A stretch of DNA of 64,000 bases from an uncultured Bacteroides sp. GTDB lineage: Bacteria; Bacteroidota; Bacteroidia; Bacteroidales; Muribaculaceae. Positions 39,754 through 50,159 of the stretch are shown here, in pieces. A program made the position numbers and the translations under genes. Location of the stretch: the NCBI GenBank assembly GCA_964575435.1, contig CAZNRK010000001.1, positions 38,145 to 102,144 on the forward strand, read 5' to 3'. The notes under the pieces were generated by a model. The model was given only the letters and a program-made list of their open reading frames with translations, was not told where the DNA came from and did not search any database. Position 1 is the stretch's first letter. Every line of letters starts with the position of its first letter.

Positions 39754-41748
39754 ATGAACCGATGGCCAAAGGTAAATATTATTCCTAAAATCGCCTGCGT
39801 GCTCGTGGCCTTGCTCTCGATCTTGACGATGAAGGGGCAAATTGATGCCGACCGCGTGTTGCGAGTAGGGCAAAACGCGCTATACTTCGAGGATTACGTG
39901 CTTTCAATCCAATATTTCAATCAGGCCATCCAAGCCAAGCCCTATCTGTCCCAGCCCTACCTCTTCAGAGCAATTGCCAAGCTAAATCTGGATGATTTTA
40001 AGGGCGCTGAAGAAGATGCCGCCAAAGCCTTGCAGCTCAATCCCTTCCTGACAGACGCATGGGAGGTCAGGGGTGTGGCCCGCCAAAACCTCAACGACCT
40101 ATCAGGCGCGATTTCCGACTATAAGCGAGCACTTGACCTTTTGCCGCGAAACCGTCAGATTCTTTTCAATATGGCTCTTGCTCAAAGCGATGCCAAACAG
40201 ACGGCATCGGCAGATTCCACATTCACTGAGTTGCTTCGCTTCTATCCCGGATTTGAAAACGGCTATCTGGGTCGCGCTCGATTGCTCCTGACAGAGGGCG
40301 ACACGGTCAAGGCTTCTGCCGATATCGATAAAGCCTTGAGCATCAACAAGAACGCCCTAAATGCCTACGTCATGCGTGCCGGCATCGCAATGCAGAAAGA
40401 TCAAAACTTTGAGCAGGCACTTGCTGACCTTAACACAGCCGTGAAGCTCGAACCTCGCCACGCTCCTCTATACATCAATCGCGCATACCTCCGCTACAAA
40501 CTCGATGATTATTTTGGCGCAATGGCAGATTTTGATTACGCCATCGGTCTGGAACCAGCCAACGATGTGGCTCTCTTCAACCGCGCTTTGCTCCTGAGCG
40601 AGGTGGGCGATAACGACCGCGCCCTTCAGGATTATAATCGCATCCTCGAGCTCAATCCCGACAATATCCGTGCTCGATATAACCGCGCTTTGGTCAAGGG
40701 AGAAAAGCATGACTTCAAAGGGGCGATTTCAGACATTAACCATGTGATTGAGAAATATCCTAACTTCGACGGCGCCCTTTTTCTCCGCAGTGAATTCTAC
40801 CGCAATTCCGGCCAGACGGCAAAAGCCAAAGGCGACTACGACAAGGCTGTGGCCCTGACAAAAGCTCCGGCCGACCCATCCTCATTGCCTAATGACGATG
40901 ATCAGCTCTTTACCGGCAATGACGGAACCCCGGAAGCTGCTGCCCGCAGGTTTTCATCGCTCCTAACCATTGAGAGCAGTCCCGATATTGAGCAAGAATA
41001 CAACAATTCATCGATTCGCGGACGCGTGCAAGAGCGCAACGTGCCCATGGACATTGAGCCTCTTATGGAGCTGACTTATTACGTGACAAGCTCCGAGCTT
41101 GGAGGCTCAACATATTTCATTAAAGAGGTCGACGATATCAACTCTTCGCGCATGCTTCGCATGGCCATCAGCGTGTCATCAACCCCCGGACGTCTTACCG
41201 ACGAGGACGCTATCGGGCGGCATTTCTCCTCTATCGAATATTACAATTCTTACATCGCTACCCATACTCCACGCGCGATCGACTACATCGGTCGGGCCAT
41301 GGATTTTATCACTGTGCGCAATTATCCCGCTGCCATTGAAGATCTCACTCGCGCCATTGCACTCACCCCCGACAGCCCTGTGGCCTATGCCTTGCGTGCT
41401 CAAGCCAAATTTCACAACACCACCGAGGGCGAAGATGCTTTGGCCAGAGGCTCGCGCATAGCGGCTGCAGCTGATGATTATGACATGGCGGTTAAGTTGT
41501 CGCCGCGTTCGGCTCCGTTGTGGTTTGACAAGGGAAATCTCCACTACTTCCAGGGCGATTTCACATCCGCCATTTCCGCCTTCACTCGTGCCATCGAGCT
41601 CAAGGCTGACATGGGAGAAGCATACTACAATCGCGGATATGTGTACATGAAAATGGGAAATACATCGGCCGGAGTAGCCGACCTCAGCAAGGCCGGCGAG
41701 CTCGGTGTGGTCAAAGCCTACAATCTGATAAAACGAATGTCAAAATAA
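39754..41748 (+). CDS. Tetratricopeptide repeat protein, exported
   Basis: Signal peptide-like N-terminus and many TPR units (A..D...A..L.P). Confidence 0.92.
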   Translation: MNRWPKVNIIPKIACVLVALLSILTMKGQIDADRVLRVGQNALYFEDYVLSIQYFNQAIQAKPYLSQPYLFRAIAKLNLDDFKGAEEDAAKALQLNPFLTDAWEVRGVARQNLNDLSGAISDYKRALDLLPRNRQILFNMALAQSDAKQTASADSTFTELLRFYPGFENGYLGRARLLLTEGDTVKASADIDKALSINKNALNAYVMRAGIAMQKDQNFEQALADLNTAVKLEPRHAPLYINRAYLRYKLDDYFGAMADFDYAIGLEPANDVALFNRALLLSEVGDNDRALQDYNRILELNPDNIRARYNRALVKGEKHDFKGAISDINHVIEKYPNFDGALFLRSEFYRNSGQTAKAKGDYDKAVALTKAPADPSSLPNDDDQLFTGNDGTPEAAARRFSSLLTIESSPDIEQEYNNSSIRGRVQERNVPMDIEPLMELTYYVTSSELGGSTYFIKEVDDINSSRMLRMAISVSSTPGRLTDEDAIGRHFSSIEYYNSYIATHTPRAIDYIGRAMDFITVRNYPAAIEDLTRAIALTPDSPVAYALRAQAKFHNTTEGEDALARGSRIAAAADDYDMAVKLSPRSAPLWFDKGNLHYFQGDFTSAISAFTRAIELKADMGEAYYNRGYVYMKMGNTSAGVADLSKAGELGVVKAYNLIKRMSK

Positions 41749-41762
41749 AAACGTTATTAAAT

Positions 41763-41844
41763 TAACTCCTCACTCCTAACACCTAACACCTAACACTTAG
41801 CACTTAACACTTAACTCCTCACTCCTCACTCCTCACTCCTAACT
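41763..41844. repeat. Heptamer tandem repeat tract, 11 units plus a partial unit
   Basis: taactcc tcactcc taacacc taacacc taacact tagcact taacact taactcc tcactcc tcactcc tcactcc taact. Confidence 0.92.
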
Positions 41845-41858
41845 AACTACCTATCCCC

Positions 41859-43388
41859 ATGTTTACCTCCGAAGATCTCGAATTTTTTAAATCAAAAGGC
41901 ATTTCAGCCGAAAAAGTGCAGGCACAGCTTGACAGATTTGCCACCGGTTTCCCCTTCCTTCGTCTCCACTCATCAGCCACCGTTGGTGCCGGTATCACTC
42001 GCTTAAGCGTCGAGCAGCAGCAGGCCGCTGTTGAGCGATGGCAGCAATATCTAAACGATGGAGGCAGTGTGTGCAAATTTGTGCCCGCTTCCGGAGCGGC
42101 TTCGCGTATGTTCAAGGCGCTTTTCGCTTTTGTCAATGGACAGGCTGAAGTGCCCGCGCCCGGCTCTGATGTTGATGTCCTGATAAAAAATATAGATAAA
42201 GTGCCTTTTGCTGAAGAGCTCAATCAGGTCCTTGTTGCGAAGCACGGCATGAATCTCCATGCCCTACTGAACGAAGGCCGCTATAAAGACGTAATTGCCG
42301 GCATCATTCTCCCCGAGGGTCTTAACTACGGCCAGCTGCCTAAAGCTCTGCTCACTTTCCACCGCTATGCCGATGGCTCTACCCGCACGCCTCTGGAAGA
42401 GCAACTTATGGAAGGAGCTATGACCGCGGCCTCCGATGGCAAGGTCAATCTCCATTTCACCGTATCAGCCGCTCATCAGAAGCCTTTTGCCGAGAAGCTT
42501 GCTGAAGCTGTGCCGAAATTTGAGAGGCTTACGGGGTTGAAGTTCAACGTTACCACTTCCGAGCAAAAACCTTCAACCGACACCATAGCCGCCACTCTCG
42601 ACAACCAAATATTCCGCGACGACGAGGGCAAACCAGTGTTCCGCCCCGGTGGCCACGGTGCGCTGATTGAAAATCTCAACGACATGGATTCTACCGTCGT
42701 TTTCATCAAAAACATTGATAACGTAGTGCCCGATTCTCAACGCTCCGCCACTATCCACTCCAAAAAAGTGCTTGCCGGCGTGCTCATCCTTGCCCACGAT
42801 CGCGCGGTGGAGCTTGCCTCCAGGCTTCGTGCGGAGCAGGTGCCTTCAGAGGCTTTGCTGGAGGAGACGATTGAATTCCTGCGCTCTGCCTTCTGCATTG
42901 AGGCTAAGGAATTCAATACACTCAAAGGAAAGGAATTAGCCGATTTCATGCTCGGGCTGCTTGACCGCCCGATGCGTGTGTGCGGCATGGTGAAAAACGA
43001 AGGCGAACCCGGCGGTGGCCCCTTCATTGCATACAATCCTGACGGCACCGCCTCACCTCAAATCCTCGAGTCAACGCAAATCGACACTTCAAAACCCGAA
43101 AACGCCGATCTGATGAGCAAGGCCACACACTTCAACCCCGTTGACCTCGTGTGCTACATCACCGATGCAGAAGGCAAGAAATTCAACCTTCCCGACTTCG
43201 TCGACCCCGACACAGGCTTCATCTCTCAGAAATCGCTCGGAGGTCGCGAGCTGCGCGCTCTTGAGCTTCCCGGCCTCTGGAATGGCGCCATGAGCAATTG
43301 GCTCACAATTTTTGTTGAGGTGCCCGGCGCAAGTTTTAATCCCGTAAAGACCGTCAACGATCTTCTTCGTCCCGCTCATCAAGCATGA
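41859..43388 (+). CDS. DUF4301 family protein
   Basis: KFVPASGAASRMFK, FRPGGHGALIENL, GEPGGGPF, PGLWNGAM, FNPVKTVNDLL. Confidence 0.9.
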   Translation: MFTSEDLEFFKSKGISAEKVQAQLDRFATGFPFLRLHSSATVGAGITRLSVEQQQAAVERWQQYLNDGGSVCKFVPASGAASRMFKALFAFVNGQAEVPAPGSDVDVLIKNIDKVPFAEELNQVLVAKHGMNLHALLNEGRYKDVIAGIILPEGLNYGQLPKALLTFHRYADGSTRTPLEEQLMEGAMTAASDGKVNLHFTVSAAHQKPFAEKLAEAVPKFERLTGLKFNVTTSEQKPSTDTIAATLDNQIFRDDEGKPVFRPGGHGALIENLNDMDSTVVFIKNIDNVVPDSQRSATIHSKKVLAGVLILAHDRAVELASRLRAEQVPSEALLEETIEFLRSAFCIEAKEFNTLKGKELADFMLGLLDRPMRVCGMVKNEGEPGGGPFIAYNPDGTASPQILESTQIDTSKPENADLMSKATHFNPVDLVCYITDAEGKKFNLPDFVDPDTGFISQKSLGGRELRALELPGLWNGAMSNWLTIFVEVPGASFNPVKTVNDLLRPAHQA

Positions 43389-44236
43389 TTTTTTTTCCCT
43401 GCTCAAAGATTAACTTGGGCCTCAACGTTGTGGGCAAGCGCCCGGACGGGTATCACGACATCGTCTCGGTGATGGTGCCTGTGGGCTGGACTGACGTCTT
43501 GGAAATCCTGCCAGGGCGCGCTTCCGATGTTCAGCTCACATCTTTGGGCCGGACAATTGACTGTCCGGCGGAAAAGAATCTTGTGGTCAAGGCTTACCGC
43601 GCCCTCGAGCGCAGAATGAGCATCCCGGCGGTTGACCTAATAATCAATAAAATAGTGCCCGATGGTGCCGGCCTCGGCGGAGGGTCGGCAGACGCAGCCG
43701 CTGTGCTCAAAGGTCTCAACAAATTTCTCTCGCTCTCCCTCCCGGATGAGGTTTTGGCTGAATTAGCATCTGAAATCGGAGCTGACTGTCCTTTCTTCAT
43801 TTACAACCGCCCGATGCTCGCTACCGGCATCGGCACTGAGCTTTCTCCCATCGATATCCCTCAGATTCAAGGTCTTTACTATCTGATTGTGAAGCCGCAA
43901 AGTGTGTCGATTTCCACCGCAATGGCCTACGCCGGCATCAAGCCTGAAGAGCCTGAAATGTCAATTCAGGAAATCCTCAGCCTCCCGATTGAGGAATGGC
44001 AAGGAAGGCTGGTCAACGATTTCGAGAAGTCTATCTTTCCCCTTGCCCCCGAGGTTGAGCGTGTGAAAGAGCAGATGATAGAGCGAGGCGCTCTCTATGC
44101 TTCGATGTCGGGTTCCGGTTCGGCAGTTTACGGTCTTTTCCCATCCCGGATGGAAGCCTTGCATGCAAAAGAGGCGTTCAAAGATTTCCCCTGCTATTTA
44201 GATCGTGTTAACTTTTCTTGTCAACCACGCTCTTAG
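43385..44236 (+). CDS. ispE: 4-diphosphocytidyl-2-C-methyl-D-erythritol kinase
   Basis: KINLGL, GYHDI, GAGLGGGSADAA, MSGSGS. Confidence 0.96.
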   Translation: MIFFPCSKINLGLNVVGKRPDGYHDIVSVMVPVGWTDVLEILPGRASDVQLTSLGRTIDCPAEKNLVVKAYRALERRMSIPAVDLIINKIVPDGAGLGGGSADAAAVLKGLNKFLSLSLPDEVLAELASEIGADCPFFIYNRPMLATGIGTELSPIDIPQIQGLYYLIVKPQSVSISTAMAYAGIKPEEPEMSIQEILSLPIEEWQGRLVNDFEKSIFPLAPEVERVKEQMIERGALYASMSGSGSAVYGLFPSRMEALHAKEAFKDFPCYLDRVNFSCQPRS

Positions 44237-44251
44237 GTTGATTCGGGATGG

Positions 44252-45217
44252 TTAATGCTTAGAGAAGGTGTGGGAAATGCCCAATGAAATGTCGCGAAAC
44301 AGGTAATTCATCGGTGTGATGAAGGGGCGAAACCGCGTGTCATGAGTGGGACAGAAAAGTTTGATTTGTCCCGGGATGCACTCCACATTTATCTCCTTGC
44401 CCATGTGAAGAGCTTCACCGTCGATGTGGCATGGCCCCTCGGTCTCTCGAGTTATTCTCACTTTTCGTGCTTGAAATATCTCGGTTTGGGTATTATGAGG
44501 AATCATGCCGGTCATCATGTCCAGACCCACGAGCAGAGTGCGGAAGCGAGATGCGTCCTTTACGATGATCACGTCGAGCAGCCCGTCGGTGATAGAGGCC
44601 TCAGGAGCGATGAAGGCATTGTTGCCATATTGCGAAGCGTTGCAGCAGGCCACCAGAAATGCATCGCGCGTGAAGGCGGGGCGATCGTCTATAGTGATTG
44701 AGTATTTGGCAGAGTGGTATTTAGCGTAGATTTCAAGAGCACTTTTGATGTAGGTCATCAGGCCGCGAGTTTTTTCCTTGGCAAATTGATGACTCACGGC
44801 GGCATCAAACCCCATGCCGAATGTGCAGAAGAAGGGGTTGCCGTTGACTTGGGCAAAATCGCAATTTACGATGTTCTGCTCTTTGATTACACGCAGGGAA
44901 TATTCAAGGTCAATCGGGATGTTAAGATGGCGAGCCAGACCGTTGCCGCTACCGGCCGGAATGATGCCAAGCGCAGTGTCGGTGCTGCACAGGGCACGAG
45001 CAGTTTCGTTGACTGTGCCGTCACCTCCGCATGCAAGTACGCCGTCGTAGCCTCGATCTGCTGCCTCGCGAGCCAAACGAGTGGCATCGCCGCGGCATGT
45101 GGTGTAGGCCGCCTCCACCTCCATGCCATCGGGGCGGAGAGAGTCGGCGATTTGCTTAGCCAGGCCGGCTTTGGAGTGGGTGCCGGAGATGGGGTTGATG
45201 ATGAGGCGCAGGCGCAT
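44252..45217 (-). CDS. Diacylglycerol/lipid kinase family (YegS-like)
   Basis: INPISG, GGDGTVNE, GSGNGLAR, GFDA, QYGNN. Confidence 0.93.
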   Translation of the reverse strand: MRLRLIINPISGTHSKAGLAKQIADSLRPDGMEVEAAYTTCRGDATRLAREAADRGYDGVLACGGDGTVNETARALCSTDTALGIIPAGSGNGLARHLNIPIDLEYSLRVIKEQNIVNCDFAQVNGNPFFCTFGMGFDAAVSHQFAKEKTRGLMTYIKSALEIYAKYHSAKYSITIDDRPAFTRDAFLVACCNASQYGNNAFIAPEASITDGLLDVIIVKDASRFRTLLVGLDMMTGMIPHNTQTEIFQARKVRITRETEGPCHIDGEALHMGKEINVECIPGQIKLFCPTHDTRFRPFITPMNYLFRDISLGISHTFSKH

Positions 45218-45229
45218 GCTGTTTTAAAT

Positions 45230-45258
45230 AAAAACCCCGGTATCGCAGGATCCGGGGT
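45230..45258 (-). terminator. Terminator after the tRNA pair
   Basis: Stem accccgg/ccggggt followed by a T run on the minus strand. Confidence 0.75.
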
Positions 45259-45271
45259 GTATTTAAGGGAG

Positions 45272-45345
45272 TGACTCGTACAGGATTCAAACCTGTAACC
45301 TTCTGATCCGTAGTCAGATGCTCTATTCAGTTGAGCTAACGAGCC
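45272..45345 (-). tRNA. tRNA-Arg(ACG)
   Basis: Cloverleaf GGCTCGT...ACGAGTC-A; anticodon arm TCTGA-CTACGGA-TCAGA; CCA not fully encoded. Confidence 0.97.
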
Positions 45346-45372
45346 GAAGATTCGGTGGGAGTAAGGGTTTTG

Positions 45373-45446
45373 TGACTCGTACAGGATTCAAACCTGTAAC
45401 CTTCTGATCCGTAGTCAGATGCTCTATTCAGTTGAGCTAACGAGCC
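45373..45446 (-). tRNA. tRNA-Arg(ACG), identical second copy
   Basis: Same 74-nt sequence as 45272-45345. Confidence 0.97.
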
Positions 45447-45466
45447 TTATTTTGCGTTTGCGAGTG

Positions 45467-45498
45467 CAAAGTTAATGCGAATTATCGAATTAACCAAA
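45467..45498 (-). promoter_or_regulatory. Promoter of the tRNA-Arg pair
   Basis: TTTG-N20-TAACTTTG. Confidence 0.8.
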
Positions 45499-45565
45499 TT
45501 TTTTGAATGCTTTTTTCAAAAAATTTACGCAAAAGATATTGGAGAAAGGGATTGATGGCTGATTA

Positions 45566-45940
45566 TCAACGCATTGCGATTACTTCAATTTCCACCATTA
45601 CACCTTTTGGGAGATCCTTGACTGCCACGGCCGAGCGAGCGGGGTAGGGGGCTGAGAAGACCGATGCGTATACCTCATTCATGGCGGCAAAATCAGTCAT
45701 GTCGGCAAGGAAGACAGTAGTTTTCACCACGTTATCTGTGGTTAATCCTGCCTCGGCGAGGATTGCCTTTACGTTGGCCAGGGATTGAGTTGTTTGCTCT
45801 TTGATGCCGGCTGGGATTTCGCCTGTAGCGGGATTGATGGGAATCTGGCCGGAAGCGTAGACAAACGTGCCTGTGTCGATGGCCTGGCTGTAAGGACCGA
45901 TTGCGCCTGGGGCAGCGGTGGTTGCGATTACTTTTTTCAT
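45566..45940 (-). CDS. ridA: RidA family enamine/imine deaminase
   Basis: APGAIGPYSQA, SGQ, NEVY, PARS, VEIE. Confidence 0.95.
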   Translation of the reverse strand: MKKVIATTAAPGAIGPYSQAIDTGTFVYASGQIPINPATGEIPAGIKEQTTQSLANVKAILAEAGLTTDNVVKTTVFLADMTDFAAMNEVYASVFSAPYPARSAVAVKDLPKGVMVEIEVIAMR

Positions 45941-45955
45941 AATCAGAATTGAAGG

Positions 45956-47299
45956 TTAAAAATTATTTGGGATATTGATTTTTAGATCACGAAGGAGCAC
46001 ATGCTCTTCCACTGATTCTTGCGCCTCCACAATCCGTTGATATTCAGCAGAAACTCCGGAAAAATTCTGCGAGAAATTCGGGATGAAGTCGCGGTAGCCT
46101 ATCTGTTGGAGGTGTTGGCGCAGGTCGGCAATGGAGAAGGTGTCGGTGGGGATTGCGGGCTGGTATCCGAAGCGGCGCCGGGTGTCGTCAACCACCACAA
46201 GCGAGACCACTCCAGCTCGCCTGAGACGATCGAGGATTTCGCTGACGAGGCGTGAGGGGATAGCATAGGTTTTGGTGAGTTCGCTTTCGGTCACCGCCGG
46301 GGCCGATGCTGTGAAGCGCTGCACGATCACGGCCGTAACTGCTACGGTCACTTCGCGCATATACTCCGGTGAGATATTGCTCACTTGCTCAGCAAAAGAG
46401 TATTGAAACACATTCTGAGCTGCATAGCATATCAGGCAGCCGACAAGGGTTATCACCCACGCTAATTGCATCCAGATCAAAAGCAGAGGCAGGAACGAGA
46501 AGCTGCCGTAGATGGCGTTGTATTTTGCCACGTAAAGCTGACCGGAGACGAAGAGCCATTGCAGAATCATGAACACAGTGCCGGTGATGATGCCGGAAAT
46601 CACGGCGTACTTCATCCGTACTTTAGTGTTGGGCATGAGTATGTAAACAGCTGCAAAAAAGAGCCACGTAAACACCCACGACGCTGCCTCAAAAACCACG
46701 GAGAGAACCGGCGTGACAAATTCAATATCAAACCATTTCTGCATCGTTGTTGACACGAGCATCGAAAGGCCACTGGCGCAAATCATCAGCACGGGGAGTA
46801 TGAGAAACATGGCAGTGTAGTCAGTGATCTGACGCCACAGGCTCCGGCCTTCTTTAATGCTCCAAATGCTATCGAACGATTCCTCTACCGAGCTCACCAG
46901 CGAAATCAGTGTCCAGAGCAAAAACAAGATGCCAATGCCCACAAACACCCCTTCCGAGGCCTGTGTCAAGTAAGAGTCAACAAACCTCAAGGCATGTGTA
47001 ATAGCTTGATTTTGAGCAGGGAAAAGACTCAGAAGCTCGTCTTGAAGCAGGTGCTGGAATCCGAATCCGCGGCCGATGGCAAAAATCAGAGCCAGAGCCG
47101 GCACTATAGCAAGAAGCGTGCGATATGTCAAAGCACACGCACGCGACTGCAAATCTGAGTCAAAGAAAGAATTGACCGTAATGTTGAGAGTCTTAATCAC
47201 CGTGACCCACCAGAGGTTGCGTGAGTCCTTCCATACGCCGTGGGCGCAATAGTCCCACGCCTGCACGGTCTTGTCGATGATTGAGCTGAAGATATTCAT
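45956..47299 (-). CDS. YihY/virulence factor BrkB family membrane protein
   Basis: ALTY.TLLAIVP, multiple TM helices, YNAIYGSF; C-terminal HTH-like extension. Confidence 0.9.
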   Translation of the reverse strand: MNIFSSIIDKTVQAWDYCAHGVWKDSRNLWWVTVIKTLNITVNSFFDSDLQSRACALTYRTLLAIVPALALIFAIGRGFGFQHLLQDELLSLFPAQNQAITHALRFVDSYLTQASEGVFVGIGILFLLWTLISLVSSVEESFDSIWSIKEGRSLWRQITDYTAMFLILPVLMICASGLSMLVSTTMQKWFDIEFVTPVLSVVFEAASWVFTWLFFAAVYILMPNTKVRMKYAVISGIITGTVFMILQWLFVSGQLYVAKYNAIYGSFSFLPLLLIWMQLAWVITLVGCLICYAAQNVFQYSFAEQVSNISPEYMREVTVAVTAVIVQRFTASAPAVTESELTKTYAIPSRLVSEILDRLRRAGVVSLVVVDDTRRRFGYQPAIPTDTFSIADLRQHLQQIGYRDFIPNFSQNFSGVSAEYQRIVEAQESVEEHVLLRDLKINIPNNF

Positions 47300-47390
47300 A
47301 GTTGAGTCAAATATTTCAGAGAGAGGTCATTACGGTATTATCCTACGCATGTGCACATCTCTCTGAAAATATAACGCTCGGGAGCGGGAA

Positions 47391-49928
47391 TCAGTTGTTG
47401 GTTTCCTTGCCTTCAGGTATTTTCACCTCAGTTGTGATCTTCTCGGTGGCGGGGTCGAAATCCACGTAGATGTCGCACCCGGGCTGGAGGTTAGAGGCGA
47501 TAAGAAGCTCGGCAAGCTCGTCCTCAAGGTATTTCTGGATGGCACGTTTGAGTGGACGGGCGCCAAACTGAGCGTCATATCCCTTGTCGGCAACGAAATT
47601 CTTGGCAGCATCGCTGAGAGTGAGGCGGTAGCCGAGGTCAGCCACACGCTTGTAGAAGCCGTTGAGCTCGATGTCGATGATGCGGAAGATGGAATCGCGG
47701 TCCAGACCATCAAACATTATGATGTCGTCGATTCGGTTCAGGAACTCCGGCGAGAAGGCTTTGTTCAGAGCTTTTTGAAGCACGCCGTGAGTGTAGTCTT
47801 TCGTTACCGTCGGAGTGTTGAAGCCCACGCCTGAGCCGAAATCCTTGAGCTGTCGGGTGCCGATATTCGAGGTCATGATTATTATCGTGTTCTTGAAATC
47901 TACGCGACGGCCGAGCGAATCGGTGAGTCGACCTTCGTCCATCATCTGGAGCAAAAGGTTGAAGACATCGGGGTGAGCCTTTTCGATTTCGTCAAGGAGC
48001 ACGACGGAGTAAGGCCGGCGGCGCACGGCTTCAGTGAGCTGTCCGCCCTCCTCGTAACCAACATATCCCGGAGGAGCACCCACCAGTCGCGACACGGTAA
48101 ATTTCTCCATGTACTCGCTCATGTCGATGCGTATCAGAGTGTCGGAGGAGTCGAAGAGGTATTCGGCCAGCTTCTTGGCCAGGTGAGTTTTGCCCACACC
48201 GGTCGGACCGAGGAACATGAAGGTGCCGATGGGCTTGTTCGGGTCTTTGAGACCGAGGCGATTGCGTTGGATAGCCTTAACGATTTTTTCGATAGCGTTG
48301 TCCTGGCCGATGATGGCGCCTTTGAGCTGAGGTGCCATCTGCTTGAGTCGCAGATTCTCGGCTGTGGCGATGCGCTGCACGGGCACACCGGTCATCATTG
48401 CCACAACTTCAGCCACTTTCTCCTCATCCACGGGCACGCGCTGCTCTGCGAGCATGCTCTCCCAGCGAGCCTTGGCCTTGTCGAGCTGTTCGCTCAGCCG
48501 CTGTGCTTTGTCGCGGAAAGATGCGGCCATTTCAAAGTTCTGAGCCTGAGCGGCTTTGAGCTTTTGCGAGGTGGCTTCATCGATTTCTTTTTCGAGTTTT
48601 TCGATCTCCTCGGGCACCTCTACATTAGTAATATGCACGCGCGACCCTGCCTCGTCGAGGGCATCGATAGCCTTGTCCGGGAAGTTGCGGTCGCTGACGT
48701 AGCGCTCAGTAAGCTTTACGCAGGCCTCGAGAGCTTCCGGGGTGTAGGTCACATTGTGATGCTGCTCGTATTTATCCTTGATGTTGTTGAGGATCTGGAG
48801 AGTTTCTTCAGCCGTGGTGGGGTCCACCATAACCTTTTGGAATCTCCGCTCCAGAGCACCGTCCTTTTCGATGTTCTTGCGATATTCATCCAAGGTGGTG
48901 GCACCGATACATTGCAACTCTCCGCGCGCCAGGGCCGGTTTGAGAAGGTTGGCGGCATCCATCGAGCCTTGAGGATTGCCGGCGCCGACGATGGTGTGGA
49001 TCTCGTCAATAAAGAGGATAACGTTGGGGTTTTTCTGCAGCTCGGTGAGGATGGCTTTGATGCGCTCCTCAAATTCGCCGCGGTATTTCGTGCCGGCCAC
49101 GATTCCTGCCATGTCAAGCGACACAACGCGCTTGTTGAACAGGATGCGCGACACCTTGCGCTGCACGATGCGCAGAGCCAGACCTTCGACGATGGCCGAT
49201 TTGCCCACACCGGGCTCGCCGATAAGCACGGGGTTGTTCTTTTTTCTTCGCGAAAGCACTTGCGCCAGGCGCTCGATTTCCACTTCGCGGCCCACAACGG
49301 GGTCAAGGCGCCCTTCTGAGGCAGCCCGTGTCATATCATGGCCGAACTTGTCGAGCATAGGGGTGTCAGAACCCTTGCCCGAGCGGTTGCGGCGAGAGGT
49401 ATCGGTTGAGGATGAGGATGAAGAGGACGGACGCTCGTCATCGTCGTCATCATCTACGTAATCTGCACCTGCGCGGGGCAGCTCAGGGGTTTCTGCATCG
49501 GCTACCAGGGCATGAAGCCTGCGATAGTCAACGCCTGCGTCAAGGAAAGGTTTTATAAATTCCATTTGCTGTACTTCATGATTATGAAACACCGCAAGAA
49601 GCACGTGCACAGGCTCGATGTCGGGGTGACGGAGCAGGCGGGCTTCAAGGGAGCTGAGTTTTACAATACGTTGGGTCAGGTCAGATGCCTCAAGGCGCGG
49701 AGGGGTGGGGGCGCCAAGGTCAAACATGTCATTGTCAAGACCTTTGAATAGCTCTTGAGCCGAGGCATCGCGTACGGTCTTCTCAATGAGCTTGAATTCT
49801 CTGCTCTCTTGATCAGAAAGCAGGGCAAGAAGCAGATGGCGAGGGTCGATGGTGGCGTTGTTGTGCCGTATGGCCTCGCGCCGGCATTTCTCAAGCAGTT
49901 GTGCTATTTTGGTTGAGGGGGTGTTCAT
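47391..49928 (-). CDS. clpC: ATP-dependent Clp protease ATP-binding subunit ClpC
   Basis: Clp N domain, two Walker A motifs ([16 protein letters not shown]), UVR-like middle domain, GARPL. Confidence 0.95.
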   Translation of the reverse strand: MNTPSTKIAQLLEKCRREAIRHNNATIDPRHLLLALLSDQESREFKLIEKTVRDASAQELFKGLDNDMFDLGAPTPPRLEASDLTQRIVKLSSLEARLLRHPDIEPVHVLLAVFHNHEVQQMEFIKPFLDAGVDYRRLHALVADAETPELPRAGADYVDDDDDDERPSSSSSSSTDTSRRNRSGKGSDTPMLDKFGHDMTRAASEGRLDPVVGREVEIERLAQVLSRRKKNNPVLIGEPGVGKSAIVEGLALRIVQRKVSRILFNKRVVSLDMAGIVAGTKYRGEFEERIKAILTELQKNPNVILFIDEIHTIVGAGNPQGSMDAANLLKPALARGELQCIGATTLDEYRKNIEKDGALERRFQKVMVDPTTAEETLQILNNIKDKYEQHHNVTYTPEALEACVKLTERYVSDRNFPDKAIDALDEAGSRVHITNVEVPEEIEKLEKEIDEATSQKLKAAQAQNFEMAASFRDKAQRLSEQLDKAKARWESMLAEQRVPVDEEKVAEVVAMMTGVPVQRIATAENLRLKQMAPQLKGAIIGQDNAIEKIVKAIQRNRLGLKDPNKPIGTFMFLGPTGVGKTHLAKKLAEYLFDSSDTLIRIDMSEYMEKFTVSRLVGAPPGYVGYEEGGQLTEAVRRRPYSVVLLDEIEKAHPDVFNLLLQMMDEGRLTDSLGRRVDFKNTIIIMTSNIGTRQLKDFGSGVGFNTPTVTKDYTHGVLQKALNKAFSPEFLNRIDDIIMFDGLDRDSIFRIIDIELNGFYKRVADLGYRLTLSDAAKNFVADKGYDAQFGARPLKRAIQKYLEDELAELLIASNLQPGCDIYVDFDPATEKITTEVKIPEGKETNN

Positions 49929-50122
49929 TAATTATTATATGTGTGTTTGATATAGAAATCAATTTGCAAAAACCGTGCCAAAACTTCGGCGCAGGATAAT
50001 CTTATGCAAATTTACAAAATTTTTTGCGAATTCCCAAGTCCAGACAGCCGAATTTTTTCACATTATCCGTAAGAGTCTGATGCTGTTGGATGTAAGGATT
50101 AGGAGAGTTGGAAATTTTTTGT

Positions 50123-50130
50123 TATCTTTG
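50123..50130 (+). promoter_or_regulatory. -7 promoter element of the zinc-finger gene pair
   Basis: TATCTTTG about 30 nt before the 50160 ATG; a divergent TAAATTTG for clpC lies near 50006-50013. Confidence 0.65.
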
Positions 50131-50159
50131 CGCATGATTCACTCCTTAACATTTCAATT

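Noticed and set aside
41763-41844. Repeat tract as a CRISPR array
   Set aside because: 7-bp units with no unique spacers and no cas genes
47973-49319. 448-aa antisense ORF inside clpC, and similar shadows in dnaJ, glnS, priA, moxR and the symporter
   Set aside because: Antisense shadows caused by codon bias in GC-rich conserved genes; no recognisable motifs
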